Assembly: GCA_002269645.1 (NCBI GenBank)
Contig: NIVC01000858.1
Location: 1-64,000 of the forward strand
Length of the DNA stretch: 64,000 bases
From: Macrostomum lignano
Taxonomy: Eukaryota
Direction: 5' to 3'
The position numbers and the translations under genes were made by a program. Of this stretch, positions 1 to 13,618 are shown in pieces (the stretch's first letter is position 1; each line of letters begins with the position of its first letter). A model generated the notes under the pieces. The model was not told the origin of the DNA, did not search any database, and saw only the letters and a program-made list of their open reading frames with translations.

Positions 1-441
1 GAGGCTGCAGATGGCGGAGGACAGGGAGGCTGCAGATGGCGAGGACAAGGAGGCTGCAGATGGTGGAGGACAGGGAGGCTGCAGATGGCGGAGGACAGGG
101 AGGCTGCAGATGGCGGAGCACAGGGAGGCTGCAGATGGCGGAGGACAGGGAGGCTGCAGATGGCGGAGGACGGGGAGGCTGCAGATGGCGGAGGACAGGG
201 AGGCTGCAGATGGCGGAGGACAGGGAGGCTGCAGATGGCGGAGGACAGGGAGGCTGCAGATGGCGGAGGACAGGGAGGCTGCAGATGGCGGAGGACGGGG
301 AGGCTGCAGATGGCGGAGGACGGGGAGGCTGCAGATGGCGGAGGACAGGGAAGCTGCAGATGGCGGAGGACGAGGAGGCTGCAGATGGAGGACAGGGAGG
401 CTGCAGATGGCGGAGGACAGGGAGGCTGCAGATGGCGGAGG
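1..441. repeat. 26-bp GC-rich minisatellite (ggaggctgcagatggcggaggacagg)n
   Basis: Direct tandem periodicity. It explains the repetitive ORFs at 11-471 and probably lies in a CEP72 intron. Confidence 0.95.
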
Positions 442-496
442 ATGAATGCCTCTGATGAAAACATTCAGTAAAAACCAGAGAGCCTCGCAGACTCAC

Positions 497-3400
497 GGCT
501 GCCGTAGGTCTCCAAGTGGAACCGTCGGGGTGCCGTCGCTGATGTCTGCGACGCTGACTGCTGGTGCCGCTGCTGAGGCTGCGACGCTGACTGCTGGTGC
601 CGCTGCTGAGGCTGCGGCGTCGGCGCGTCAGCGGCCGTCCAGCGGGCCTGAGCCTGCACCTCGGACAGCCATTCGCTGTAGGCCTCGTCTCGACCTTGAC
701 GATTTGGAGACTCGAGTGGCTGCCAGGGGCGGGCTGCTGCGATCGAGACTGCGGCGGAGGCGGCGGCGGCGACGGCGACGACTGTGGCTGCCTCGGCGAG
801 GGTGCGGGCTCGCTGGCAGCTTCCTCCAAGTCGTCTTCGATGACGCTGCAGAGTCAGTTGAGATTGCAAGTACAGGGGCAAATAAAATAGAATTTGTGCA
901 CCATGCTGCTAGCTAGTAGTAATAGGACAGGGAGCTTTCCCAAGTGTCAGGAGCTCATAATTTGGAGCTTAGCTTACTTTTCACTAGGTTGAGAAAGCAC
1001 CCGGTTTGCCAATCCATTTGCCCCCAGTGTTCCCCACCCGGTTCCCTACAGGTTCCCCACCAAGCTCACAACCCGGTTCCCACCAAGCTCACAACCCAGT
1101 TCCCCACTAATCTCACAACCCAGTTCCCACACAATCTCACAACCCGGTTCCATACCAATCTCACAACCCGGTTCCACACCAATCTCACAACCCGGTTCCC
1201 CACCAATCTCACAACCCGGTTCCCACCAATCTTACAACCCGGTTCCCCACCAAGCTCACAATTCGGTTCCCCACCAATCTCACAACCCGGTTCCCCACCA
1301 AGCTCACAACCAGTTCCCCACTAATCTCACAACCAGTTTTCCACAAGTCGGTACCCCACCAGTTTCCCACAGTATTGGCCCCGCTCGCACCTGGGAGTCC
1401 GGGAATCTCTGCCAGGCCGAAGTCCCCGCAGGCCGGCCGCCTGCTCAGTTGTGAAGTGCAGCAACGCCGAGTTGCGCTCGGTCTCGGCCACGCTGCGATC
1501 GTCTGGAACGACGAAGGCGATGGCGAAACAGGCGCGCCTGCATTCACTTGGCCAGCTCTGGCTTATTTATTCGCGAGATTATCAAGGAAAGCTTTGGCTG
1601 GGGATAATATCAGGGTGCCGCTATCCGGGAGAGATTATCAAGGTACGAATAGACTATTAGTGAGATTCTTTGGTAGGATTATCGAACTGAGATTGTTGAG
1701 TAGGATTATCGAAGTGAGATTTTGTGTAGGATTATCAAGGTGAGATTTTGTGTAGGATTATCAAGGTGAGATTGTTAAGTAGGATTATCCAAGTGAGATT
1801 TTTGAGTAGAGGATTATCAAGGTGAGATTGTTAAGTAGGATTATCGAAGTGAGATTTTTGAGTAGAGGATTATCAAGGTGAGATTGTTGAGTAGGATTAT
1901 CGAAGTGAGATTGTTGAGTAGGATTATCGAAGTGAGATTGTTGAGTAGGATTTTCAAGAAGAGATTTTTGGGTAGGATTATCAAAGTGAGATTGTTGAGT
2001 AGGATTATCGAAGTGAGATTTTTGAGTAGAGGATTATCAAGGTGAGATTGTTGAGTAGGATTATCAAGAAGAGATTTTTGAGTAGGATTATCGAAGTGAG
2101 ATTTTTGAGTAGGATTATCGAAGTGAGATTGTTGAGTAGGATTATCGAAGTGAGATTGTTGAGTAGAGGATTATCAAGGTGAGATTGTTGAGTAGGATTA
2201 TCGAAGTGAGATTGTTGAGTAGGATTATCAAAGTGAGATTTTTGAGTAAGATTTTCAAGGTGAGATTGTTGAGTGAGATTATCCAAGTGAGATTGTTGAG
2301 TAGGAGTATCAAGGTGAGATCGTTAAGCAGGATTATCAAGGTGAGATTTTTGATTAGGATTATCAAGGTGAGATTGTTAAGTAGGATTATCAAGATGACA
2401 AGATTGTGAAGGTTTTCCCAGCTGAGATAAATAAAAATGTATTGAGGATAGGATTTTAAGAATGAGATTATCCTAAAGGATGAGATTCACTAAGTTTCTT
2501 AGATTGATATTTCTTTCATGGTATTCTCGCTCAAGTGAAACTCTGAAAACCTGCGAGCCCTACCGAGCCGCTTGAGGTCGGGCAGCATCTGGATGAGGTA
2601 CAGCCTGTAGTCTGGCTCGCTCCGTGACACTGGGTTGAGCCGCAGATCGAGCTGCTGCAGGCGGACATTCTTCCTCAGCTTGAGCAGTTCGGACATTGAG
2701 TCGATGCAGTTATAGTAGAGATTTAGCGACTCCAGCTGGGCCAGGCTATCCAGGCCCTGCTCCGGTGAGGATTTTGGCAGTGAAATTTTCTTGCACTTTC
2801 ACAGGTGGTCGCTGTATGCACTGCCTGATACACATGTACTGGCTTGGGCAGAGGTAACAGGTATGGCATGCAGCACAGCCTCAGTCATGACCCCGAAATC
2901 GGTTTAGGTCAATTTGCTAATGAGTCAAATTTGTTCAAGCCTATAACTGCGCTTAATTTTTCTTCCGAAGTCAGGAGCGGCGGTATTTGCTTTTACATAG
3001 TCAAACTTCTTTGACAGAATTCTCTTTACGTAAGCCATTTTTCAAGCTAATGCAAACAGAGCACAAAGCTAAGTACTGGGGGAATGGCGCTCGTGTTTGT
3101 GAAATCAGGTAGTCTGAGGTTTATCTCAGAAGCTTGTAATACTCGTAAATTGATTGCTGATGCACGGGCAAGCTAGGTCTAGCGCATTTTAGGTGGGAAA
3201 ACCGAGAAGAATGCAATTAGAATAAAATCTCAGAACACCTGCGGGGAACAGGCATTCACATGCCCAAGTTAGAGACTTTTATGAAAATAAAATTTTGTCA
3301 AAACTCACACTTAGCGAGCACAGCGCATTTCTTGAAAGGTCGAGATTTTTTAAACGGCTAAACATAACAAGTGATGAACCCAGGACAGAAATCTTCTCAT

Positions 3401-3917
3401 CGTACCGGCCGGGTAATGAAAGTGATTTGATATTATCTGAAAAGTATTAAATTATAAAGTTCGAAAGCATATGCCATAATTAAATATGGAAATCAAGTTT
3501 AGAATTGACAATTCAAAGTCAGAATTTTTTTATAGTTTTTTTGTTTCCACCTTTTATGTCTTTTAACAAAAAAACTTTATATTACGAGCGTAACTTCGCA
3601 AACTAATTGTTAAATCGTGAAATATTTCAGTAAGTGAAGGTCAATTTTTTTCCATATTCTGAAGAATCTTAAATGACAATAAAATGTCTCGGCAACTGCT
3701 ATTATTATATGAAACCTAAAGGAAAAGGATGATAATTTTTTTTACTCTTACAATAAATATTCATGGTCATTTTGGGAATTTAAAAGGAATTTATGCTACC
3801 AAGGCAAGGTTTCTTTTATACAAAGCTTCAAGCTATTAAAATGAAAATCTTACCAAGATTCTCTTCTTTTAACTCCAATTTTTCTATTATCCAATCCAAG
3901 GTCAAAGAGAGTGTCAT
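497..3917 (-). CDS. CEP72: CEP72-like leucine-rich-repeat centrosomal protein, 5' part (multi-exon, probably continues beyond the window start)
   Basis: GT-AG exons 3917-3854 (MTLSLTLDWIIEKLELKEENL), 3436-3309 (DNIKSLSLPGRYDEKISVLGSSLVMFSRLKNLDLSRNALCSLS), 2756-2564 (GLDSLAQLESLNLYYNCIDSMSELLKLRKNVRLQQLDLRLNPVSRSEPDYRLYLIQMLPDLKRL) and 1502-1391 (DDRSVAETERNSALLHF) join in compatible phases. From recall they match the CEP72 N-terminus (SLSIPGTYQEKI..LDLSRN..LESLNLYYNCI..DFRLNPV..EPDYRL..LDDR). Exon 5 is about 845-497, with an ambiguous reading frame. Confidence 0.88.
1040..1345. repeat. ~24-bp minisatellite (caccaatctcacaacccggttccc)n in CEP72 intron 4
   Basis: Tandem periodicity seen directly. 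Confidence 0.9.
1665..2400. repeat. ~27-30-bp minisatellite (gtaggattatcgaagtgagattgttga)n in CEP72 intron 3
   Basis: Tandem periodicity; accounts for the Leu/Ile-rich repetitive ORFs at 2005-2409. Confidence 0.92.
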
Positions 3918-4759
3918 ATTAAAGATTCAATCTGAAGCCTGGCGCCTTTTGTCTGGTTAGATAATTGCTTTTACACGAAAACGTTGACTGACATTAATGG
4001 ATCGATAGACAACGTTCGGAATGTCTATGTACATTAGTTTTACATTATGCACATACCTCACGAGTATATTTTATGAGCATATTTTTAATAAATATTATGC
4101 TTTATCCTTAAAGCATCCGAGCAGAAATTTTACAAAACCTTTTGCAAGAAAAAAATCTAAACGTTGTTTGGCTAGTATTAGTTTTCCGGTGTGCAGTTCG
4201 TCAATTGGACATTGGACACATCAGTCAAAGTTTTGACTTTCGAAAAAATAGAAAAAATAAAAACAGAAGCATTTTGTGGGACATTTATTCACATTCTTCA
4301 CAGCGATGAACCGTTTCCTGAAGTTAGTTTTATACTACCGTAGAAGGCTGCAGATTCAGTTTTTGCCGCAAGTTTTGATTCAAGGATGACGTACGTACTA
4401 AAAAAGGACACGACAATCGCATTTTCAGGAAGGGAGCCACTATTATAAGGCTGGTTTTCGATAAAAAAATACACTAGCAAGAATATAATGCTTGATTGAC
4501 AATTTGATGCAATTATCAGGAAAATATTTTATGATCATCACATGATTGCACACAGCTTTATCTTTTAATTTTGTAGTGGAGCCACAACATGTACAATCAT
4601 GTACAATGTAGTGGCTCCGCTTATTGTAACATGTACAATAAAAATTATTGACTAAAAGTCATCTTCGAAGCTTGCACAAGATGACTTTTAGTCAAATTTT
4701 AGTCGAAATTTTTTATTTGGGGTATTAGAACTACTGTTTGGTGTCTCACTAGTCAGCAG

Positions 4760-5830
4760 GTCCCGTGCCCTAGCTCTGAGCTGTCGCCAGCTGCCGCTGG
4801 TGCACAGCTCACCTTTTTTTGCTCTCTGTTCCTGTTCCCACCCTGTTTTCCCTGCATGTCCTCAGCTCTGAACCTGGCGGGTGCCCGCGCACGAAGAGGC
4901 GAAACGAGCTGCGGACCTTCTTCCTCTGGTATCGTCAACGTACCTCCGCGGCCGCAAAGGGACGATATGTCATTGCCCATGGAGAGGCTGCGCTGATATG
5001 CAGAGGACAGCTCTTTTAACACCAGCCCCATCACCATCGACGATCGGTGTTCCAACTTACAAAGAAGACGCCAGACAACAAGGCTACTGGGCCCGAAAAT
5101 GTGTTCGTCTAGGTGCTGCGCTTCCCGCAGAAGGTCGCGTTGGGAGTCACGCGATCGTGATGAACTGCGTGCTAGCTGGGAGCGGACTGCGCATATCGTC
5201 GGGATCCCAAAGAAACCAGGCTCCGTCAAGATCGAAGAGTATCTCAGGATCTCACTATAACTGATGTCCTGCACGGCTCACGCAAGTTGTTGAACAGGGT
5301 TCTGCTGTAGCGGCTGCAGCCGGTGCTGGACCCGCGGACCCGCTGGATCCACCAGTCGACCATCATCTGCATCTTTGTGGACTTCCTGTCGAAGGCCTTT
5401 GACTCAGTGTCGAGGAGGGGCGAATATCCTCCGCGTGTATCACGTACAGTGTACCTGAACATCTGGTGACGGCTGTGAGATGATCGCTCTGTACCAGGAT
5501 CGACTAAGGCGGCAGTTGGATGGCCTAATTCCGACTTTTTCGACACGTCTTTCAGCGCGTTATCCAAGGGGATACCTACTTGGCCCCATTCATTTCTGTT
5601 CGTCCTTGGTCCTGGGACTGGTACTGCACACTGGCCTCCCTGACAACTCCCAACGGATTTTTGCTCTGGACGTCGTAGAAAAATTGCAGACGACACCCCG
5701 AGAAGCGACTCTCCGTCCTAGCGTACGCGGACAAACCAAGCGCTGCACAAGCTGTCTAGCTCTCAGCTTAAGGAACTCAACGACTGCTAGACCTGGCTGC
5801 TTCTAAGAGACGCTGAGTTCTCTGACCCTC
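4760..5830 (+). mobile_element. Degenerate non-LTR retrotransposon (LINE) reverse-transcriptase remnant
   Basis: Broken RT motifs in order: FVDF(x)SKAFDSV ~5374-5410, QGDT(x)LAP ~5565, ADD ~5687. Multiple stops and frameshifts. Confidence 0.7.
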
Positions 5831-8139
5831 GCGGACTCGCTGTTCTTTTTGACAGCATCCTATATCAATTGGTTAGTCCATGTTGTTTTTGTTTTTAAGG
5901 GATTAACAATATTGCATAAGACCACAAAAAAGTTTGCCTGCGCGGTCACAGTGGCGGATCCAGAGGTGAGCAAAGAGAGCATTGCGGGCAATTTTTCGCT
6001 ACATCATTTTAGCATTTTAACAAAGAACTTTATTATTTAGTTGATACGAGCTATGATGATAAATATTTTTAGAGGGCGCTTAGTAATAGACACATGAAAT
6101 TCAATTTGTCTTAAGGTTGGCCAACCCGCAAAAATATTCAGGATCGTTCCACAAGGGCTATACTTAAGAAAAACCACTTAATAAACTATACTTAAGTCGT
6201 CCTATTCCGCACAGTGCAGTACGGATATACTCAGTCAGACTTATACTAATACGTTATCGTTAGGTGGACAACTCTTTTAGGATCGTTAACGGTAATGTGC
6301 CAATGTTATTAAAGTATAAAAAATAAAAAGTACTGATTTTAATATTTATAACCTATTACAAATATTGTATGGTGGCTGATTAATTCGCATTGTTAGTATA
6401 GTTTGTTTTAACGACAAAAATTTGTAGTGCTTGCTGTCCACTATTCACGAACTAATTCAATTGGTGTTTTTTATTTAGTTGTATCATTCTAGCTTACGCT
6501 ATAGGGTGACTACTCCCGCGTATTTTGTTGGATGGAAACTGGTTACGTCGTTCACTTACTCTAAAAATATATGTATCGATGTTTGAATGTTTGCGAAAAG
6601 TTACATCACTTTTGGATTTAATAGGCCTAATAAACTGATTTTGCAGAAAGCTATATTCAAACATTTGCAGTGACGTTTCTTTTTTGTAATGTAGGCCTAG
6701 GCCCTAAGTAATGATTCATTTGATCATAACTTATTAGTAGTAATTATTAATTTCATGTATAAGCACAGTATATAATTTTCATTATTTTAAAAGAAAGTAT
6801 TCTGTAACTCTGTACTATAAGGCAAGTGCAAAAGCAAATAATTGCAGTTGCAGGTCATTTTGCTTTTGGTAACAGGTTCTTCAGTAACAGATAACTAATG
6901 CAAGGGGAGCTCTTTAGTCCCTTAAAATTGAGCAATGCCTTATATATATTGTGTTGTTAGGATACTAGTGGCTAAATTTGGAATAATATAGCCCTAAGTT
7001 ATATGTATAGGTATAAAGGTGTAAATTTAATAATATTTTTATTATTATATTTCTTGTTTTAGTCTTGGTGTATAATAAGAGATAAGGTTTTAATATTACT
7101 AATATTCCTTATATCAAGTAACTATGTTATATTGAAAAAGCTATTAAATCATATGTATAACTTTAATAAAAATAAATGTTAAAAATTTATTAACAATTAA
7201 TTAAGATAATAATAATAATGAACTAATCAAAAGTGAACATTTTTGAAAAACAAATAAAAAATTAAATATAAACATGCATAAAAATTAAGGTTCTCTACTC
7301 TATTATAGCCAAGGTTAAAACTATGCCAGATACCCTTTTTTAAGTTTTTTCTTATGTAACACATTATTTATAAAAATATTAGATTGCTGATAACCAATTT
7401 GCAATTTTCATTAAACATAGTTTATAATAATGGCCATTGGCTATAATATAGTTTAGGTCTATAGGCTATAGTAGTAAAGCAGTAAATAAATTGAATATCT
7501 TTATAATAAAACTTTAAAATTCTATAATAGGCCTATATTATATAAAATAAAGTTAATATGAAAAGTCCTAAATTAAAATAATAGTCTAAATATATTAAAT
7601 ACTGTATTAAAGTTGTTTTTTGTCTATATTGGTAGATAGTTGGAACTGATAGTAGAAATATATATAGTAAAGTAATTCTAATTATGATTATATAATGATG
7701 TTATAAATATTGATTGTGTTATTAAAAATAAAATAAATTTCTTTGCTGTCTATTGATATCTCTATATTCATCACTATAATTATAATATAATATAATATAA
7801 CTTATAACATATAATATAATAAGCCCTATACTATATTAAAAGCAAGATAAATTAGATAACCACCAATTTTATTTTAGTTTTATTATAACTAACCTAGGCT
7901 TTTTCTAATGGCAAAGCAAACCAAGAACTATATACTTATATTGAAAAAAGTAAATCTAATAAAATAATAGGCCTAACAATTATTAGATAACTATTTGCTA
8001 GATTCTTTGTAATTGCAATCTTGAAATTTGAAATTTTTAAATGAAATAAAATGAAATAAATTTTGAATAAATCAAATTTGACTATATATTTTAAAAAAGC
8101 CAAATTAATTATCAAATATTTCAACTCTCCTAATACTAA

Positions 8140-9270
8140 AACTGACGCGATGTTTGTCTGTCTGTATGTATGTAGCAAGTGAACTCCTACAATTCTGCCA
8201 AGTCAGCATCAAAACTTATATGGGAAAACTGCAAATTTTCCGGAGCAGGCTTTAGGCTATTTTAATTTTTAATTTTCACATTTTAACATCCCTAAAAAAG
8301 CAGAAAACTGCTTTTTTTAACCCACAACAATCTTCTTTGGCCACTCTGACTAGGGCTGCAGCCAGTTTGTAAAAATAGCCACCCTAACCTCTGCCCGTGG
8401 GCTCCAAAGGATCCAAGGGACAGGGAGAGGCAGAGACTAAAGTTTGCCTGACATTCTATGCAGCACTCCAGCCAACAATACAAATGTTTGCCTCAAATCC
8501 TAATTTTACACGAATGTACTCTATTTTATGTTTAACTCTGTCCTAACTATAAACAAGTTTTTGTTTGAGTTTGACCTCAGATTTTAGAATACATGCAAAA
8601 AATAATTCTGGGGAATAGAGTTCCCCGGGTTCAAAATCAGCGGGTTTCAACAGCTTGTAAAAATATATATATTTTGGTTCATGAATTAAGTTATTTCTAT
8701 ATTTTTATATTCATAATTTATTATATTTGATACTTAGTATATAAGTTTTAAAAGTAAAAATATGTATATTTATATAATATTTTAAAGCTTTATACTGTTT
8801 ATCTTGAAGAAATGTTTTCAAAAAATAAGATAAACTCACCAAAGTTTTTCATTTCTCCCTACTCTAGACTTCCTTAGTCTAAATCCTATCCTATTCTAAA
8901 TTGTAAATATCTTAGTTGTTTTTTTAGTGTAGCTTAAAATGAAATTTAATAGCTAATACTTTTTTATTTTAGAGTTTAGGTTTATTATAACTTTTGTATT
9001 TATATTTACTTAAAGCGTAGTAAAAATGCAAGCATTAACATCTTCTAATAAGCAATATACTTTGCCTCATGTTAGGCATTTTTAGGCTCTCTTTAAAGAA
9101 TTAGAAATATATTAATCTATCTATACCTAAAAAAACTAAAAATCCATGTTTACTGTCTGTCTATCTATGTAGAAATTACTTTGCTATAGACTCTCAAACT
9201 GTTCAACCAAATTTTGTATCCATTCTAAATTCACCACAGAATGTGTTATAGGCTACCTTCATCATCATTC
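8140..9270. mobile_element. Possible decayed DINE-1/Helentron-associated (HINE)-like fragments at ~8140-8260 and ~9145-9270
   Basis: Short (GTCT)n/(GTAT)n microsatellites followed by related AT-rich blocks; similar (GTCT)n tracts at ~40795 and ~41200. The family assignment rests on resemblance only. Confidence 0.3.
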
Positions 9271-10544
9271 ATCAATATACTAAATCTCTAAGCTATGTCT
9301 GTCTGACTAGTATTTCAGTCTATAGCCTGAATGCCTAAACCAATTTTTTTAAACTTGCTTTATTTAATTGCAAATTCCTATGAAATTGTGTAGATCAAAT
9401 TGCATTGAAAAATCTAAATGGGAAGATGGTTAAATATTTGAAAAATGAATTTTCCCAATGCTTTCAATAGGCAGCTAGAAAAGGTCAAAATCTTGACTGA
9501 CTGAATTCAATCCCAATTGAGATTGTGCCATAACTTTTCTTTTTACTATGTAGTATAGGCCTCAAAACTAGCTGCCATGTGCAAGGGTAAATAATGCTCA
9601 GTGGCTGTGTGTATATTCTAACCCTGATTAATTGATGGACTACATTGATAATTCTTAGCTATTTATAGATTTCACGCAACTGTACATTGGCTCTGTTTGC
9701 ACACTGAACAGCCTATCACTGTTATGTATTTTATTGCAGTGCCAAAGCATATATGGCTGATTTTATCTCCTTCCCATCAATAGGCAGAGTAGCTGCACTA
9801 TAGGCATTAGGCTAAGCAAAATGTTCCAGGTTCAAGTCCTGACTCTAGTAGATAATTAAAATTGAATTTATTCATGCCTCAACCAACTGAAACATTTTTT
9901 GATTAATTAGCTAAGCAGAGTTTATGAATTATTTTGGCTAATTGCCACAAGTTGCTAAGCAAAATTATATTTGTAAAAAACTACCTTAATTATTACTGAT
10001 CACATCAATGGGTATTGCCTAGCTCTATGAAAGTATAAAATTGCTGCTAAACTGCTGAAGGCATTGCTAAATGCTATGTTATAGGAAATTGCTGCTAAGC
10101 AGATTGCTAAAAAGATAAATGAGACTACTTCCAGATTTATGAATATATTGCTACAAACTGCTAGAGGAAAGGTAACTGCAGACTACTTAAAGGATAATGG
10201 TAGACTTCTGTGGAGGATAAATAACTATAGAGTTTTGAAGGATTTTTTAACTATAGAGGATTAAATGCAAGTTAGGAGGATAACTGCCAACTACAAAACA
10301 AATTTTTTAGTTTGCTGTAGGAACAATTCTAGGCCACTAAGGGGATAAAGACTTAATGCTAATGAAAGTTGTAGACTAAAAAGAAGATGATTGCAGGCTT
10401 CTAAGAGTATGTTTATAGTCTATTATAGGGGATTAAAGGGGATAATTTTAGGCTGCAGTGGGGATAATTGCAAATTGAGGGTTGGTTAATTTCAACTTCT
10501 GAGGCAATAATAATAGCCTAATGGCAGTTTGGGAATAGAGCTAA

Positions 10545-10860
10545 TTTGAAAAAGTGGAGCTAATCTAAAGGAGTGGAGCTAATCTAAAGGAGTAGAGCTA
10601 ATCTAAAGGAGTGGAGCTAATCTAAAGGAGTGGAGCTAATCTAAAGGAGTGGAGCTAATCTGGGGGTGGAAATAATCTGAAGGGGTGGAACTAATATGAA
10701 AGAGTGGAACTAATCTAAAGGAATAGAGCTAATCCAAAAAAGTGGAGCTAATCTAGGGGAATAGAACTCATCTGAAGGAATGGAGCTAATCTAAAGGAGT
10801 AGAGCTTATCTGAAGGAGTGGTACTAATCAGGATAGCAGTGGTACTAAACTGGGGAGAGT
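10545..10860. repeat. ~19-bp minisatellite (gtggagctaatctaaagga)n
   Basis: Tandem periodicity, degenerating towards the 3' end. Confidence 0.88.
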
Positions 10861-12084
10861 AAAGCAACTCTAATAGTAATCCTTGTGCTAGGTTTATTGT
10901 CAATTATTGCAAAATGTAATATAATACATAAAACTAATAATTTAATACTAATAATAATACATAATTAGACTAACTTATACAAAGAATATCAATAACAATA
11001 AGACAACTATAAATTAATTTACATTTCAAAGTTATAAACATTGAAAATATACCTCTAAGATTTTTTTAGTCTCAGTATAAATTGCTTAAAGATTTGCTAT
11101 TGCAGAACTGCTTGGAGATTAGTGTCATTTGTTTAGCAACTATATAAAACTGCTTATAGACCAATGCTTAAATGCTAAAAAGCCACCTAGAAAGGGGCTA
11201 AATAGCTAGTAAAATTTCCTAAATTAAGTCTTCCTACCTAGTAGTGCAAAAACTTAGCTGTTTTTTGTTAGCAAAGCTACCATCCCAACCTTTGCCCACT
11301 TGCCTCTTTTCCAATCTAGGCCTAGGTGTATAAAAAAGGTTGTAAAATTGGCTAACTTTTGGCTGCTACAAGTTTGCTCCATATAAAAGAATAGACTTCA
11401 AACTTCACAATTTTTCATTGACATTCTTTGTCTAAATGTAAAGTTTCAACTTTGTAACTCAATCAGAATAGAAACTATAAGCATTTTAAGTTAGTCTGCT
11501 TTTTCTGTTGTTTGTGCCATCCACTTATTCCCCTAAAGCCAGACCAAGGGTTAGGCCATAGTGCTGAATATATATATCAAATGTAGAATGTTCTAGAATA
11601 ACTTTATTTATAGCCTATGCACCTCATGGAGAGGCTATTGAGCCATAATTATTTAGTGAGAAAAATCTAACCATTGCCTTCTATAGGTAAACTCCGCAGC
11701 AATTAAACTTTGCAAATCAAGGAAATTTAGCATGGTTTGTAAAAGCAAAATATTTATAAAAAGGCAATGCAATGCAATACCACCCTATTAAATTAGTCAT
11801 ACCATGGAAATTTTAAGTTTCTCTTAAAGGTACTTAAAAACTTGAATGGCCTCTTAAGAAATGTGCATTTCCTTGTTTGTTAGACTGATGCAGACTGCAG
11901 TGGAGCTGAAAATACACAAATTCCTTTCAAGGCAAGAAAAATTGGCAAGAAAGATGACATAATCAAAGTATGAAAACAACCATGAGAGTACTAGGTCCTA
12001 CAAACTGGCTTTCCAACCAGAGATAGGCAGACTTTTACCTCAAAGGCCAGTTAAAGAATCTAGCTCATGGCTAAAAAATAGATG

Positions 12085-12545
12085 AACAGAAAGAAAAAAG
12101 AATAGATGATTCAAAGAGAGAGAGAAGATAAGAGAAATAAGGGGGTGAGGACAATGAGAGAAAGGGAGGGAGAAGAAGGGGAGAGGAGAAGCAAGATGAG
12201 AGAGATGAGATAAGAGAAGAGATAAGGTAAGATACGAGAGGGAAGAGAGGAGAAAAGAGAAAAAAATGAGAATAGAGATAAAAGTGAAGGGAGATAAAGG
12301 AATATATATATATATAAGAAGAGGGAAGAAAAGAAAGAAGAAAAAGAGAGAAGAAAGGAGAGGGAAAAATGAGTAGATAGGAAAAGGCAAAGATGACCTC
12401 TTCTGAGATGAGATAAAAAAGGAAGGATAAGAGAGAAAAGAAGAAAGAAGAGAAAAAAGGCAACATGATAGATGAGATAAGAAAACAAAGGAGAGAGAAG
12501 AGAAGTTTCAAAGAACTAGATAGACAGAAAGAGTCAAAAGCCAGA
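12085..12545. repeat. GA-rich polypurine low-complexity tract
   Basis: Almost purely A/G on the + strand; produces spurious Phe/Leu/Ser ORFs on the minus strand. Confidence 0.9.
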
Positions 12546-13618
12546 GTTTGCCAACATTTGCTTTAGATAGACACATTTAGAGACTCATTCTATGTGGTAT
12601 CCCAGCTGATAAGATCAATGCTTGCCTAAAATTTTTATTTTAGCACAAATTCATTATTTTTTCAAACCTTATCCTAACTTTATTAATAAGTTTTTGTTTG
12701 AGTAAGACTTCAAATTTAAGAATGTATGCTAAAATACTTCCAGGGATTGGAATTCCACAAGTTCAAAATCTGTATGTCTTACAGCTTATTTATTTATAAA
12801 TTAAAGTTTGAAAAGTGACAATAAATTAATAGTCAATTGTATTGTCTTGTAGAGCACTATTGCAGCCAAGGTCTAAACTACATAAGCTACATAAATTCTA
12901 TAAAGCCAAGCTTCTAATAGTGTTTCAGATTGTCACAGCTAGTGGAACTCATTTCAGCAGCATTGCAGTGATTGGAAGCATTTATTAGACTTAAAAATAG
13001 TTTTGTTTGGAGAGATATGCTCTTCTAAATGAGACATCATTTGGTTATGTCTGTTTTACATGCAAAAATTGACAAGCCTTTATAATATGCCCAAATATGC
13101 ACAATCTAAGGGTTATAAAGCAAAAGCAAAAAGTAAAATGTACCTCTATATACTAAAAATCTATCTTCTAAAAATTAATGAATCTTGAAAAAATATACTT
13201 TAAGTTACAAAAGTGTATGATTGCTTTATAAAGTACATAGGGTTGAAATAACTTGCATTAATTCCCCAATCTCTTGTTAAAAGTGTAATCATTGGTGATG
13301 AAATTTCTTACTTTGAGAGGCTAAGATTGTAAGAGACCCGAATAGATGATTAAGCATATAGTTTTTTCTTTCAAATTTAGATTGCCTTCCTACAAAAAAC
13401 TGAAGCCTTCAACTTGAGATGCAGCAATAAATTTGGAAAGAAAGGGTGTAATTTTATAGTTAATTTTCTTTTGTTTTCATTGGCCAGGAAGTTAGTCTAT
13501 GAAATTTATTTGTATTCTATTGCAAGCATCATTGTAATCCATTAGGTCTGGAGTGGGTTTAAAATAATGTGTTAGTAGTTTAGTAAAGTAGTTTTTCCTT
13601 CTTGCTTTATTTCAGCCC

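Noticed and set aside
5948-5965. cagtggcggatccag, resembling an hAT-type MITE terminus
   Set aside because: No matching inverted terminus or TSD found nearby.
12040-12511. Hydrophobic Phe/Leu/Ser-rich ORFs resembling membrane proteins
   Set aside because: Translation artefact of a polypurine tract.
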